Assembly (NCBI GenBank): GCA_036172245.1
Contig: JAYWIR010000031.1
Coordinates: 1,984,001-2,048,000 of the forward strand
From: Raillietiella orientalis
Taxonomy: Eukaryota
DNA length: 64,000 bases
Direction of reading: 5' to 3'
Numbering within the stretch: the first letter of the stretch is position 1; every line of letters begins with the position of its first letter. Below the pieces are notes generated by a model that worked only from the letters and a program-made list of their open reading frames with translations, made no database searches and had not been told where the DNA came from. The position numbers were made by a program, and so were the translations under genes. Shown here piece by piece: positions 38,641-50,100 of the stretch.

Positions 38641-40600
38641 CGCATTCAGTCCCGTCCTCATGGAGGGAACCTGCCGCCGTGTTACCGGTACGCAGACCGG
38701 CGAGTTTAGCCCCGGCAGTAGAGGGGGAGGGGGCAAACAAAAATAAAAAGATAAAATAAATAAATAAACTTGGGAGGGTGCGGGAAGGGATCACGGTCTG
38801 CTGGGGGCGGTCCTCGGCGTCTCTGTAGGATGCCGGCAAGCTCTTGCTGGATGTTTTTTCCAGTTGGGGCTATCTTGTTGCCATCCTGATGAAGCGGACG
38901 GCGACGTGGATGGCATCCCTATCGCTGAGTGCTCCTGTTGCTTTGCTCCATGCAGCAAACATTCCGCATAGGCAGCAGAGAGCGGCTAACGGGGCTGCTG
39001 GCCGAAGGGCTTCGCGTAGGAGGAGGAGCCTTTAGAAGTCCCCGGAGTTGCCACCGGGGATCACGGCGAAGGACTCTTCCTAGAAGGGCCGGAAAGCAAC
39101 ACAGTCCACTAGCAGGTGAGGAAGGGATTCACGCTCCCCGCACCTGACACAGTTCGGGTCCACAAACCCCCGCGTCCAGTGATGCCGGCGGGAGCTGCAC
39201 GAGAGACCCCAGTGCAGCAGCGCCGACTCCTGCCGCTTTGGGGGGGAGGGTGTGGGTGTCCAAGAGCGCGGGGGATCACTGCAGGTCTTTCCGGGCAGGT
39301 CAGCAGCTCGCCCCAGCGCAGAAGTCCTCGGAGTGGGACCCACGAGGTCGCAGCGTCTGTAAGCTGGTCCATCGTCCACTTTCCCAGTCCTTTTCTCCTG
39401 GCGGAGATCTCTATGGATACCTCTCATCTTGCCGGAATGCTGCTGGCCGTATGTTCCCTCAGAGTGGGCAGCGCTGGTCAAGGGAGGTTACTCCTTCCCA
39501 CGCACTCTTCCCGGGGTGTTCAAGGATCACCCTGAGCGAGCAGCTTCTGTCAATAGAATCTTTATCCCGGGCATCGCTCCTGGTTCCTCTCCCGCGTGCG
39601 GATGGTTTTCCTTAGCCAGGCACTACCATTCGCGGGGAGTCAGGAGATCCATTCGTTCGTCTTGGTCAGCGTAGCCACCCGCTGGAGCCGCAGTCCGCAG
39701 CGTTGCGACGATGGTGCGCAAGGAAGGGTGCGAGTCTTACACTGCCGATGGCCTGCTGGACGATGAGGTGCGCAGGGTGGCTCCAGTGGCTCTCCACGAC
39801 GTCGCCACGAGGGCGAGGATCCCGAACTGGAGCTGCAGCTACATCCACTCCAGCGTCAAGAGGCCGAGGTTGCCGTCCCGACGCGGAGCACATGCGTCCT
39901 CTAGCCGGACTCGGGACCTCCTTGTGCCCCAAAGGGCGACCCTAAGGAGGTCCACTCGGGGTTGAGAGGGCGCGCCTGCGTGCGACCGGCAATGGAAGAT
40001 CCGCCGCCCCCTTGCCGCGGGAGATGGAACGAGAGCAGCTCCCTCTCTGGCGATTCTTGAGGTATTTGGCGAACCAAAGAAGGAAAGAATGATACCAGGA
40101 CTGCGGACTCACTGCGGTATCTTCTCACGTTCCCTCAGTGAGCCCGGAGAAGTCCGAACGCGACGGGAGGAGGAAACTCTTGAGGTGCCTCGGACTCGCC
40201 TTTCCTCGATGGGGTTGCGGCGGCAGCTTCAGCCGCGGGATTCCCCCCCACCTCCCACCCTCCGTACGCTGCCCCGCCTTTCAGCTAAAAGCTAGCGTTC
40301 TGTTGATGGCATTCCTCAGGAAGCTGGATCCTCTGGACCGCCGCCGTGATACCAAGGTCGGTCCACCGCTGCGCACAGGCGGAATTCGGGTCCTTCAGCA
40401 AAGTGGAGCAAGGCGCAACCCGGTGCCAGCGTGCCTGAAGATCCTGGTGGTGGCGGACTCGTAAGATGCACTGGGAGACGCGTCGCATAGGATTTTGCAG
40501 AAAGTTGGTCCTGCACGGTGAGGGCACCGCCTTGTCGAGACCGACTCCCCCTGGCGACGGTAGTGCGCGGAGGGGCGTTGCCAGCGGTCACGCCGGGGCG
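38640..40600 (-). mobile_element. L1/Tx1-like LINE copy A (RT C-terminal half to 3' UTR), degenerate
   Basis: Minus strand: RQGGAL (RT), CAPRRDGNLGLLTL, LHWGLSCSSRRHHWTRGFVDPNCVRCGERESLPHLLVDC (zf-RVT-type CCHC), then the shared GTGATCCCTTCC 3' UTR motif. Confidence 0.72.
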
Positions 40601-41810
40601 TGTGTTGATTCAAATGAACTCACAACAATTGTGGTGGGGTACGAAGCCCCGCCACAGTCAATTCTGCAGCTGACCTGCCGGGTCGCTGATGCGCAGACCG
40701 GCGGGGGTCACCTTGGCAGCGGAAGGGGAAGGGAGAAAACGAAAAGAAAAAGAAAACAAAGAACAAATAAAAATAAATAAACATCTTCGGAAGGGTCGGG
40801 AAGGGATCACTTCCCACTGGAGGGAGTCTGCATCCTTTCCAGAATGCCAGCTAGGTCCGTCTGAATAGGTCCCAGGTGGGGCAATCTGACCGTTATCCGC
40901 GGAAAGCGAACTGCTAGCTGGACGGCGTCTCCCGTTTCTTCCTCGTTGGCTTCGCTCCAGACCCCCACAATCCCGTCGATGCAGCAAAGGGCTGCTGGGG
41001 CTGCGACTGGTTTCAGGGCATCCCGCATGAGAATGCTCGCGAAGAGGGGTTTTATAACGTCCCTGGAGGTTCCAACCAATCCGGAGGGTGTTCCAAAACT
41101 CTCTCATAGGGACCGGAGGGCAGCACAGCCCACAAGCAGGTGTGGGATGGGGGATTCCCATTCCCCGAACCTGAGACAGTCCGGCATCACCCTCCCCATG
41201 TCCAGTGGTGTCGGCGTGCTTTGCAGGGAAGATCTTAGTGCAACAGCAGAAGTGCTACCGACTCTGTCACTTCAAATCGTCTGAGGGCGCTGCTGTTCTT
41301 GAGCACTGGGTGCCACCTCTAGGAATACCGAGCAGCTCGTCCCGACGCTGTAGCCAGCTCGTGGAAGGGCACTCGGGGTCGCAGCATCCTCCAGCTGTCC
41401 CATGGTCTATACACTCATCAGCTCCCTCTTGTCTGCGATCTCTCGGAAGATTTTCCACCTCAACGGTGGCCTTCTGCCAAGCGCCCTTCTTAGCAAGGGC
41501 GTCATTGCAGCGAGGAGGATCCACTGCGCTCACGCGCTCATGCAGGAATCCTCGAGATCTTCCGCAGCGGGCTCAGATGCCGAGTCTCAGGCGGTTGCAT
41601 TCCTCGGAGCTGGACTCCATATTCGCCCACGAGCCAGCTGTTTCCTCTAGCCAGACGCTCGAGTTGGCGGAGCAGCAGGACATCCAGCCGCTCTCCTTCC
41701 CCAAGGTGGCCATGCGTCCGAGGAGGAGGCCGCATCTTCTCACCGTCCGGCAGGGGCACAAAAGGTACGACGGCGCGGGCGGGCGAGGGAGTCTTGACAG
41801 GCAAGCGTGC
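40600..41810 (-). mobile_element. L1/Tx1-like LINE copy B (C-terminal region and 3' UTR), head-to-tail with copy A
   Basis: CKARRHHWT...DCLRFGEWES.PHLLVGC...LPHLGPIQTDLAGILERMQ, then GTGATCCCTTCC, a T-rich tract and CCGGTCTGCG. Confidence 0.72.
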
Positions 41811-41980
41811 TAGGAGAGAGATCGTGATTAGGAAGAGGAGGCCTTCATCCGCATTGACCTACTATTTTTGACACTTTTTTGTTGCTGTTGTTGTTTACTA
41901 GGGGTGAACGGACAAGTTGGGACAGCGACGGAATGTGGGGACTGGAGATAATTCGGTGTGGTGGTAGCGACGTAAGAAAT

Positions 41981-42174
41981 TTTTCACCCGGATAAGCCGG
42001 GGCTTTTATTTTTAAAATACAACATGATATGTTAAAATTGAATCTAGTCTTTTGTGCATTGCTTCAGTCAGAACACTCGTTTCTGGCTGTCTTTTTGCAC
42101 TTGTCCTTACCGACCCGCAGGCCGGTGAGGTCCTCTCCACGGGCGAAGGGGACGGGAAAACCAAAAAAAAAAAA
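41981..42174 (-). mobile_element. 194-bp 5'-truncated LINE 3'-end insertion with a 20-bp target-site duplication
   Basis: Exact GTGGTAGCGACGTAAGAAAT at 41961-41980 and 42175-42194. The insert resembles the family 3' UTR and ends AATAAAAGCCCCGGCTTATCCGGGTGAAAA on the minus strand. Confidence 0.85.
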
Positions 42175-42939
42175 GTGGTAGCGACGTAAGAAATAGAGGC
42201 GGGGAGGAAGGAATTTTCTCCTCCAGCATCCTGATCGCTGCCGCTGATCGAAGAGATGGCGAGCGGCATGGAACGTTTTCCGTCCCCGGCACCGATACCA
42301 CGTTTCGGAGGCCGCCCCTACTGACAGTACCTTCGTGATGGCTTCGCCGGCTACCGGACCCTCGCCCTTCTGTCACTGTCGAGAGACTCGCTCGACCCCC
42401 GCCTGGAAAGGCTTCTCGGAGATGGGGATCCGCAGTTTCGCTTCCCCTGGGCTAAGGCGCGGACTTTGCTGCGACCACCTCATGCAGCGGATTCCCCCTG
42501 CGGCGTTCCAGCCGACGACGGTCTAACCTTCAGAGGTCTCCCGGGAATAGTCGGTTTTTACCCGGTCACGCCAGGAGGCTTATTTCAGAAACAAACCACA
42601 AGCCAGAGAGGAACAGCATCCCCTGGATACAAGAAATTCCCCGCCCCGCAAAAAAAGAAGTTCATTGGGGATGACCCCCAGCATGCAGGCCGGCTTCTAC
42701 GGAAGTTCGGGACGGAGGGAGCAGTTACAAATGAATTTTTTTTAAAAGCTGGTGGGGACAGGGGTCTTTGGTTTTAGTGGTTCCTTCCTGTCTAGAAGCG
42801 GCAGTGTATGATGTCGATCTCACTGATGAATTCTTTTCGCGTATGGGGTCACTTTGCAGCCGTCCTCATAAAGGCGGCTGCCATGCTGGTGTGCACATTC
42901 CGTTGCGAACAAGACTCCAGCACATGGGTGAACTGCCAC

Positions 42940-44289
42940 TATGACAGACCGTTGCGTTCACGGTGTCCGTCCGACCTCGTCGCTACGGAGGACTTGGACT
43001 CCTAACTTTGGATCGCATGGAATTTCAGTTGAACTTCCGACTGGCCTTCGTGGCACAGAACTGGACCACCCAGTGGTGCGCCCTTGCACGTTTGCTTTCC
43101 TAGCTAGGGGGCAGTGGCGAAGGACTCGCAACCCTGTTTGCATGTCATCACCGCCGCCTCCCATCCTGCGGCTTCCCTCTCCGGTGCGTCGCTGCTCTGT
43201 TGAAAGCAACCACGTGGATTTGCTGCCGCCCTGCGAACACTCCGGCATGGCGGCAGAAGAAAGTGAAGACGTGGGCCCAGCTCGCCCGAGCCCCGTCGGA
43301 ATTCACCCGCTGCCGAGAGTTTCAGAACAGCGGAAGAACACTGGAGGTGGTGGGTGGTGGGCTGACCATGTTGGCCTACACAGCAGCCACCACCTTCGCC
43401 GTAGCGGTGTCCTACGCTATAGTGGTACATGGCACCTGCCTACCAAATCTCGGCCCGCAGGAAGCATATCGGTGGCTGGACTCTTCGTGAGCTCGCTGAC
43501 GCGGCAACAACCGCCTCCAAAGGACTGGAACGTTAGGGCGAACTCTTCTCCATTCGGCCCGAAGAGTTGGAAGTGCTTCCCGTGTTTATAGACAGGAATC
43601 TGCTTCCCCTCAGGTGGCAGCAATCGGCGCTGCTAATACTGCACTGCGGTCTCCCGTGCAATGCGCGCCGGCACCACTGGACGAGGGGAAGCGCATCGCC
43701 GAACTGAGCCAGGGATTGAGGGAAGGAGACTTTCCCCCACTTCATGTGCAGTGCGTCGCCCTCCGGGAACGGTGAGAACGTTTTTCTGCGTCCCTTTCCC
43801 ACCCCGTGGGCGATCCCAGAGACTCTTTGAGACCCCTCTTCGTGTGGGACGCCATGATGCCCGCAGCCACCAACTCAGAGCTGTGCTGCGTGCGCAGTAT
43901 CGTTGCGGCGAAGTGCGACGCCGAGGAAGGCCGGAGCGACGGGGGGGCTGTCCTGCACGCCATCCGCTTCCTGCAGATGGATTTGAGGTGGCCCCACCTG
44001 GAAAGGGAGAAGGAGGAGTCGCCGGCATCCTTCGACGGATGCAAAGGTCTCACCCACCAAGAAATGTGAATCCCTTCCCTCCCCCTCAACTAATCTCTTT
44101 TTTTTGTTGTTAGTTTTTATTGTTTGCTATAATTTGTTTCTCTTCTTTTTCTCTAGTTTTGTTTTATCCCTCCTCCCCTTCGTGGATGTGATGGACCTTA
44201 GTTTTAGTGTAATAATTGGGATCAGTGAGCCTTTTGGTTTCATTGATCACTCTAAGAGAAATAAACGCCCGGCTCACCCGGGTGTGAAA
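42940..44289 (+). mobile_element. L1/Tx1-like LINE copy D (post-RT region to 3' terminus)
   Basis: RPRRYGGLGLLTLDRM, LHCGLPCNARRHHWTRG...ETFPH, AIRFLQMDLRWPHL, GTGAATCCCTTCC, T-rich tract, then AATAAA (44260) and the terminal hairpin. Confidence 0.78.
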
Positions 44290-45110
44290 TCACGGCTCTG
44301 TCGTCAGCCCGCCTTGTGTGAAGAAACGCCGCAGCATGCCCGAAGCGAGGGGGTCCTGCAGATGACGGAGAGCCGAAGCGAGTCTCTGCTGCATGTCCCC
44401 CAGGTCGGTGCGGTCCAACAGGAGGTGAGGAAACGACCCCACCTCCCCGCACCTTCAACAGTTGGAGGAGGCAACTCTGCTGGCTGGCTGCAGCGGCAAT
44501 CCTCAATGCAGGCACAGCAGGACATCCGCTTCCACCGCACAAAGGCACACAGGGAAGCGGTCCGCACACAGAGAAGGGGCCGCGGGTTCTTCGGGAGACA
44601 CACCGAGCAGGTCACCCCACCGAGGGAGCCCGGATACGAGCAGTGGCGGCGTTCAACCTACTCGCTCGCCTTGCAGCCGTCGAGGAGTTTCTCGATCCCC
44701 GCAATGTCGCAGGCCGCCACCGTTTGCCCTGAGAACTCACGGCGCTGCGGCCGGGGGAGCGGCTGCTATCCGGGACCGCTGCGTCCAGTTCTGCAGGAGA
44801 TGTCCCGGCGGCTTGCATAGGGGGTTCTGCAGCAGACGCAGTTCCTCTGGGCACACTTCCACAGTTGCAACCCAGGAATCCAGTGTCTCCTCCTGCCTCC
44901 AGGAGTTCCAGTTTTGAGGGCAACAGAAGAGCCACAGGTGATCTACTAGAAGTGAGGTAAGGTGCCTCGCTGGGTAGCCGAATTCATCCCCCTTACGTAG
45001 GTTGCGCGGCAGCAGCAAAAGAAGCCCTGCGCTTCCAGAGCATCGCCGGAGGATGTGGCGTGCCGGAGCACATTAGTGGCAGGTCCACGACTGCACCTGC
45101 AGTCCGATCC
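44290..45110 (-). mobile_element. L1/Tx1-like LINE copy E (zinc-finger region), tail-to-tail with copy D
   Basis: Minus strand: LH*GLP...VASSNC*RCGEVGSFPHLLLD. Confidence 0.55.
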
Positions 45111-45119
45111 TGTGGATGA

Positions 45120-46060
45120 TCAGGATGCATCCCGTAGCGGCGCCACCCAATCTTTCAGTTCCAATCCGGGCGAGAGTAAGGCGTGACCTTCAACTTGGTG
45201 AAGAATTCCATCCCAAGCAACCCCGGACTCTCTATTAACTTCTCCCGTCATCTCTGTCCCAACTGCCGCTCTGTTGGAAACCCAGGCGTTTTCGTGTCTA
45301 CTTAGCTTCGTCTTCGGCGTCCCGGATCCCTCGTCGGAGATGCTGCGTCTCCTGCCAGAACTTTTTCGCATCCTACGATAGTTTTGGTCTCAAGGGTCAA
45401 GCAGTCGATCACCCGACCACCCGCTACTCTCAACTCGTCTACGTTGGGATTCGTACATTGCTTCTTGCGAAGTAAATCCCTATCTCGATTCGCGGAATCG
45501 TAGCAACCGACTGTCCAGCTTCCCAGTTTGTAAACGAGAAGAACGGAGATTTCACGAATCGCGATTTCTTGCAGCACCGGATTCCCATTCCCATGATCGT
45601 TGTTTGGTACCCATCGCAAATTTTCGTTGCTTGAATCTCGAACACACCAAGCTCCTTGCTTGAAGCCCAATGCGTTTTTTAACGCTTTAAATCCGGAGTC
45701 CTTGTTACGAAGAATTGCGGATTAATATAATGGAAATGGGAGAGATTGAATGCTATGAACATACGTCTGAGTTCGGCTAAAAAAAAAAAAAAAAAAAAAG
45801 CAGATTTTTCTTTTCCATGTGTATCTCTCCGCCGAGAATTCTCGATCCACATGCCATTTCGGTGGGTTCCGCTTTGTGTTCGATATCCCTTGTCATTCCC
45901 CTACTCCGACTCGAATCAACTGCTGCAGAGTTATTTTTGGCTCGCGGTCAACAATGGATAGGCACGTTTGCAGCTCCCATTTCGCACGTTCCGGTTCGCG
46001 AGGCATTGTTGCGTCTGGAGGGAGCGCGGAACCCCTAAGGCGTTGAAGACAAACCGAAAA
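45120..46060 (-). mobile_element. Degenerate RTE-like non-LTR reverse transcriptase remnant
   Basis: In order: GFR, ERAKWELQTCLSIVD, QGI, GFKQG, GMGI, ETKTI and TEMTGEVNRESGVAWDG (cf. EIxRRIxxAWxAF). Confidence 0.45.
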
Positions 46061-47199
46061 AAAATCGTAATCACGGAATAGGGCCCAGAGCATGCTTCCG
46101 TCGTTGGTGTTTCACTTCCTTCCGTTTTGTGTGTTTCCACCAAGCGTTAGGAAAACCACTTCTCGGGCACCACCCTTCCTTGGTTGCTTTTTCTACGCCA
46201 CCAACCCCCCAGTTTGGCTCCGACCGAACCAGGTGATGATGATGACCACCCAGCCGGTTCCTCCGAACATGGACGGGAAAGGTCATGCCGAAGGGGCGAG
46301 CAGAGTTGCTCAGTTTCGTTCCACCTCAAGTCCTGGTGGTTCGACTGCGAGTCGAGGGTGCCATCGTCGGTAGCTGCTGCCCGTGGTGCAAAAGCTCAGG
46401 AGGAACGGATCCAGAAATAACGAAAAAGCAGCAGCAGAAATTCCATTTCTGGATTTCCGAATGCAATTTTTTTTTTTTTTTGTGCGTGTTTCCCATCTGA
46501 AATTTTTGTCTCCCGGCCTGGGAATATCTCCTCGTGTGACCCTTTCTACTCCCTTCCTGCCATAGGGAAACGCTTTTTTCCTAAAATTTGCATATAAAGT
46601 TTATCGTGTTGCTTTTGAAGAAGTGCATTTATGAAGCCAAGCGACGTGAAAGTATCCTGATTTCCTAGCTCCTATCCATTTAAATTGTCTCCGTAGAGAG
46701 GAAAGTTTCTCCGAATCAGTCCGCGTGGAAAGAGTAAGATCCGATCCGTTGTTTCGGCTATAAGAATTATGCAGGGACCTTTCGTACGAGTGATTTTTTG
46801 TTATTCCCGTTAGGATTTCCAGGCGTTTTAATCATTGATGCATCGGGAATCCAGCGTGTCTTTCGTCCGCTACCTGCAGCATCGAACTGACACTGGCAAT
46901 TAACCAGAGAGCTTTCTCTTAATTGGGTTCCCATTTTCCAGAAGATTGTTGTTCGGCTGGGGTCCGCGCACGAGAGGAGGGGATGGTGCAGCCAGTCCGC
47001 GTCTCTCCCTCTCTCTCTCTTGGGCCGAGGTCAAAACTGCGACCCGCTCGCAGCCTCGAAAAGTAGAAGGAAGGAAGGAAGGAAAAGGAAAGAACGAATC
47101 CACAGCCACGCCTCTCGTCGCAGAGCGTGGACGCTCGCTTGCCGTTCCTCGGAACGAACGGTGCACGCGTTCGCTCCGCGTGCACGCGAAGGGCACGCT

Positions 47200-50100
47200 G
47201 CGCTTCGGCTTCCATGACTTCAAGGATTTCACCCCGTCGGTTTTTTCGAACGCCATCGCGTGAGAATTCGAGGCAGAGAGGAACCGGGAGCTGCTCTTGG
47301 AATGGAAAGGCACGCCATGGTGCGATACGCGAGGGTCGCAGCTCGTGCGGCGGGGAAAAACGGGAGCCGGTTCCAGCGGAAGTTGGCACCGGCTCTCCCG
47401 GATGACACGGCGCCCGACGTCAGGCACACGCAAAAGCACGTTCGAAGGACGACAGTGGGCCGACGAGAAGAGCGCGGCCAACTTGCCGCTTCCCCCCCCT
47501 TCCTTCCCAGCAGGCGAGTCCGACGGATGGGGCCGGATGCGCTCTTCATTGTTCGGAGGGAGAGGTGCCGGAGCCCCGGCCCTCAAGAACGCGGTCGGCC
47601 GCCGCCGTGGGAACGTCGCTTCCGGTGCCGATCCGCTCCCGCAAAGCGCCTGGCTGCCGTAGGGTCGGGGCGCCGCGATCGCATCTGCGGCTCGCGCGCG
47701 TGCTCTTTGCCTGCCTCCAGACGAACCTCTCTGTTCCCTGGGTGACCTTCTCTCTGTTTGAGTTCCCATCATCCTTCTGGCCCAGTGTCCCGGCTCCGGT
47801 CCGCCCGCGTAGATCCGTTCCGATCTGGGTGCTCCTCCCGCACGCTGCTGTCCCCGACGGAGCAGGGGGCGAAGAACGACCGGAGACTCCATTCCTCGGG
47901 GCGAGACGCTCCTCTTTCCCGGGTGATACTCCAAACAGGTGCGAGAGGGTGCAAGTGGGGGGGGGGGCGAAGCGACCCCCTGAACCACCAACACCGAGGA
48001 TGGTGGATCGCTGGAAGTGGAGGCGGCGACCTTCGAGCTCGTGGTGCTCCTCGAGCTCCAGAGTGCAGGCGCTCTGCCTCGGGGCGCAGCCCCCGAGGGT
48101 CACCAGGTATCCCGCGCGGAGAAGGCGTGCGGACACCCTCCCTCCAAGGCTCCTCTCGCTTCGGGAAGATCCGCTGGGCACCCGTCCGCGGGCAAAAGGC
48201 AGTGGCGGAGCTGTCCCCTTCTCGCCTCCTCCTCTCTTCCGTTCACTCAACCAAACCTCTCTGCGGGAGGTGCCGGTGCGGACTCCCCGGAGGAAACTCT
48301 GGGACCACCGCCTCCCCTTTCGTCCCCGCGCAGCTCGCGAGTGCCCCCTTCCCATGTCGGGAGAAAGCGGAGGCGCCCTCGCTGGGGATAGGCAGCACCC
48401 ACCGAGGTGGCCAATGACGTCACGAGGCAGCCGGCTCTCGCTGCACCGAGGAGCGCGCGTTCCGTGCCGCTTGGAGAGGATTCGCCCCCTCCCCCTCTTC
48501 TCCCCCACTGAGCACCGAGCTTTAGGTCCCTTCGCCTCTCGAGGGGGCGCACTGTGGCAGCCCTCAATGACGGCACTGAGGCAGCCAGACGACTGGCGAG
48601 CACCGCACCTTCCACGCGCGCGCGCTACAGATGGCCGTTGAGAGATGCAGAGCGAAGGAACCGAAGGGCGGGCAGGACCTGCGGGGAGGGAGCTAGTCCC
48701 GTCCCGAGCTTCTTTCGACTCCCGCGAGCTCGAGGCTCGGGATTCTTCCCGGGCCTCGAGGAAGGAGAAGCGAACGCGGTCCTGGATCGGACGGCGAGCG
48801 ACGCGTCATCTATGAACGCAAAGACCAACAAAACGAGCACCACTGGCTCCCGAGCTCTTGAGGCCACAAGAAAGAAGAGCTCGGACCTTCGGAAAGAAAG
48901 GATACTCCAACCCCTCTGTAAGGTCTTCCAGCTGTTCCCGAAAGGCATCTCTGTATCCAAAGAGGAGGAGGTCCGCTGCCCGACGAAAAATCGGGGCCTC
49001 CGGCGGCCCCGTGACCTCGCCTCCAACGAGGGCGCGCAAAGACTCTTGAAAGAGGAGGGGTTTGCCCCGGAAACGAGCCACTTGAAGAACACGCCGGGAA
49101 GAGGACGGGGGAATTCGAGGCGGAAGGCAAGGAACCTGCCCTTCCCTCCCCTCCCCCCGCCTGTCTCCCAGGAGAGCGCCCCACGCCCATCTCGAGGCCA
49201 GCAGCTGCAGGGGCGAGGCGCACGGGGATGTGGCTCTCCTCTGTCCATCTATCCCACCCTCCTTAGCGACCGGGAACGCCGCCGAAGGAGGTAGAGTGGG
49301 GAGCCGCTTGACAGTGGCGATCCCTCCGGATCGCTTGGGTCTGACCGCTCGGCCCCACTCCGGCTTTCTCCCACGGTGGAGCAGCCTGGTGAGGGAGGGG
49401 GAGGGAAGGAGATGAGGAGAGACGGCGAGGAAGCAGCGGAAGGTGACGGAGCAGCCGCCCTGAGGAGGATCGGCGCCCTGCCCCTACGTCGCCGCAGGAG
49501 GGGGATGGAGTGGCTCCCCTGTTGGTCTTTCCTCCCCTTGTTTGGAGCTGGAGGAAGGTCCTCCTTGCCCTCGTCCGGGTAGGGCCGAGGGAAAAAAAAT
49601 CCCTCATCCGGCAGCGCTGCGCTCGCTCGGCTCAAGGGGCGCACGCGCCACCCCCGCAAGCCGGCCGCGCAGTCCACGACAGAGGTGGAAGTGCGGACGC
49701 TTCTCAGCTTCCCTCCGGGAAGGACAGTCGCTCCGGGCGGCGCAGCAACGAGGAAGACCGTCGTGGTCTCCTCCGGTCGGCGACCCCACATGTCGACGTG
49801 CTGCCAGCCCGGCTGACGCGGACCCTTCCGCGCAGAAGCAGCCCCCCGTTCTTCTCGTGGGTAGGGGATGCCCCTTTTGTGCAAGTCGAGCATTCAAGGG
49901 ACGCCGCTGTCGCCTCCTCCTTGGCGATTCTTTTGCCTGTCCGTGCTTTCCCTTGACGCGCGCGGGGATCCAGGGACTTCGCGTCCGCCGCTAGAAGGCA
50001 GCACGTGTGCCTTCCAGGGGCGCCCGGGAGAACGCAGCGCGGGAAGGTGGATGAGTCACAGGGAAGTCCCCATTCTTAAGGAAGTGCCTTCCTTCCGCTC

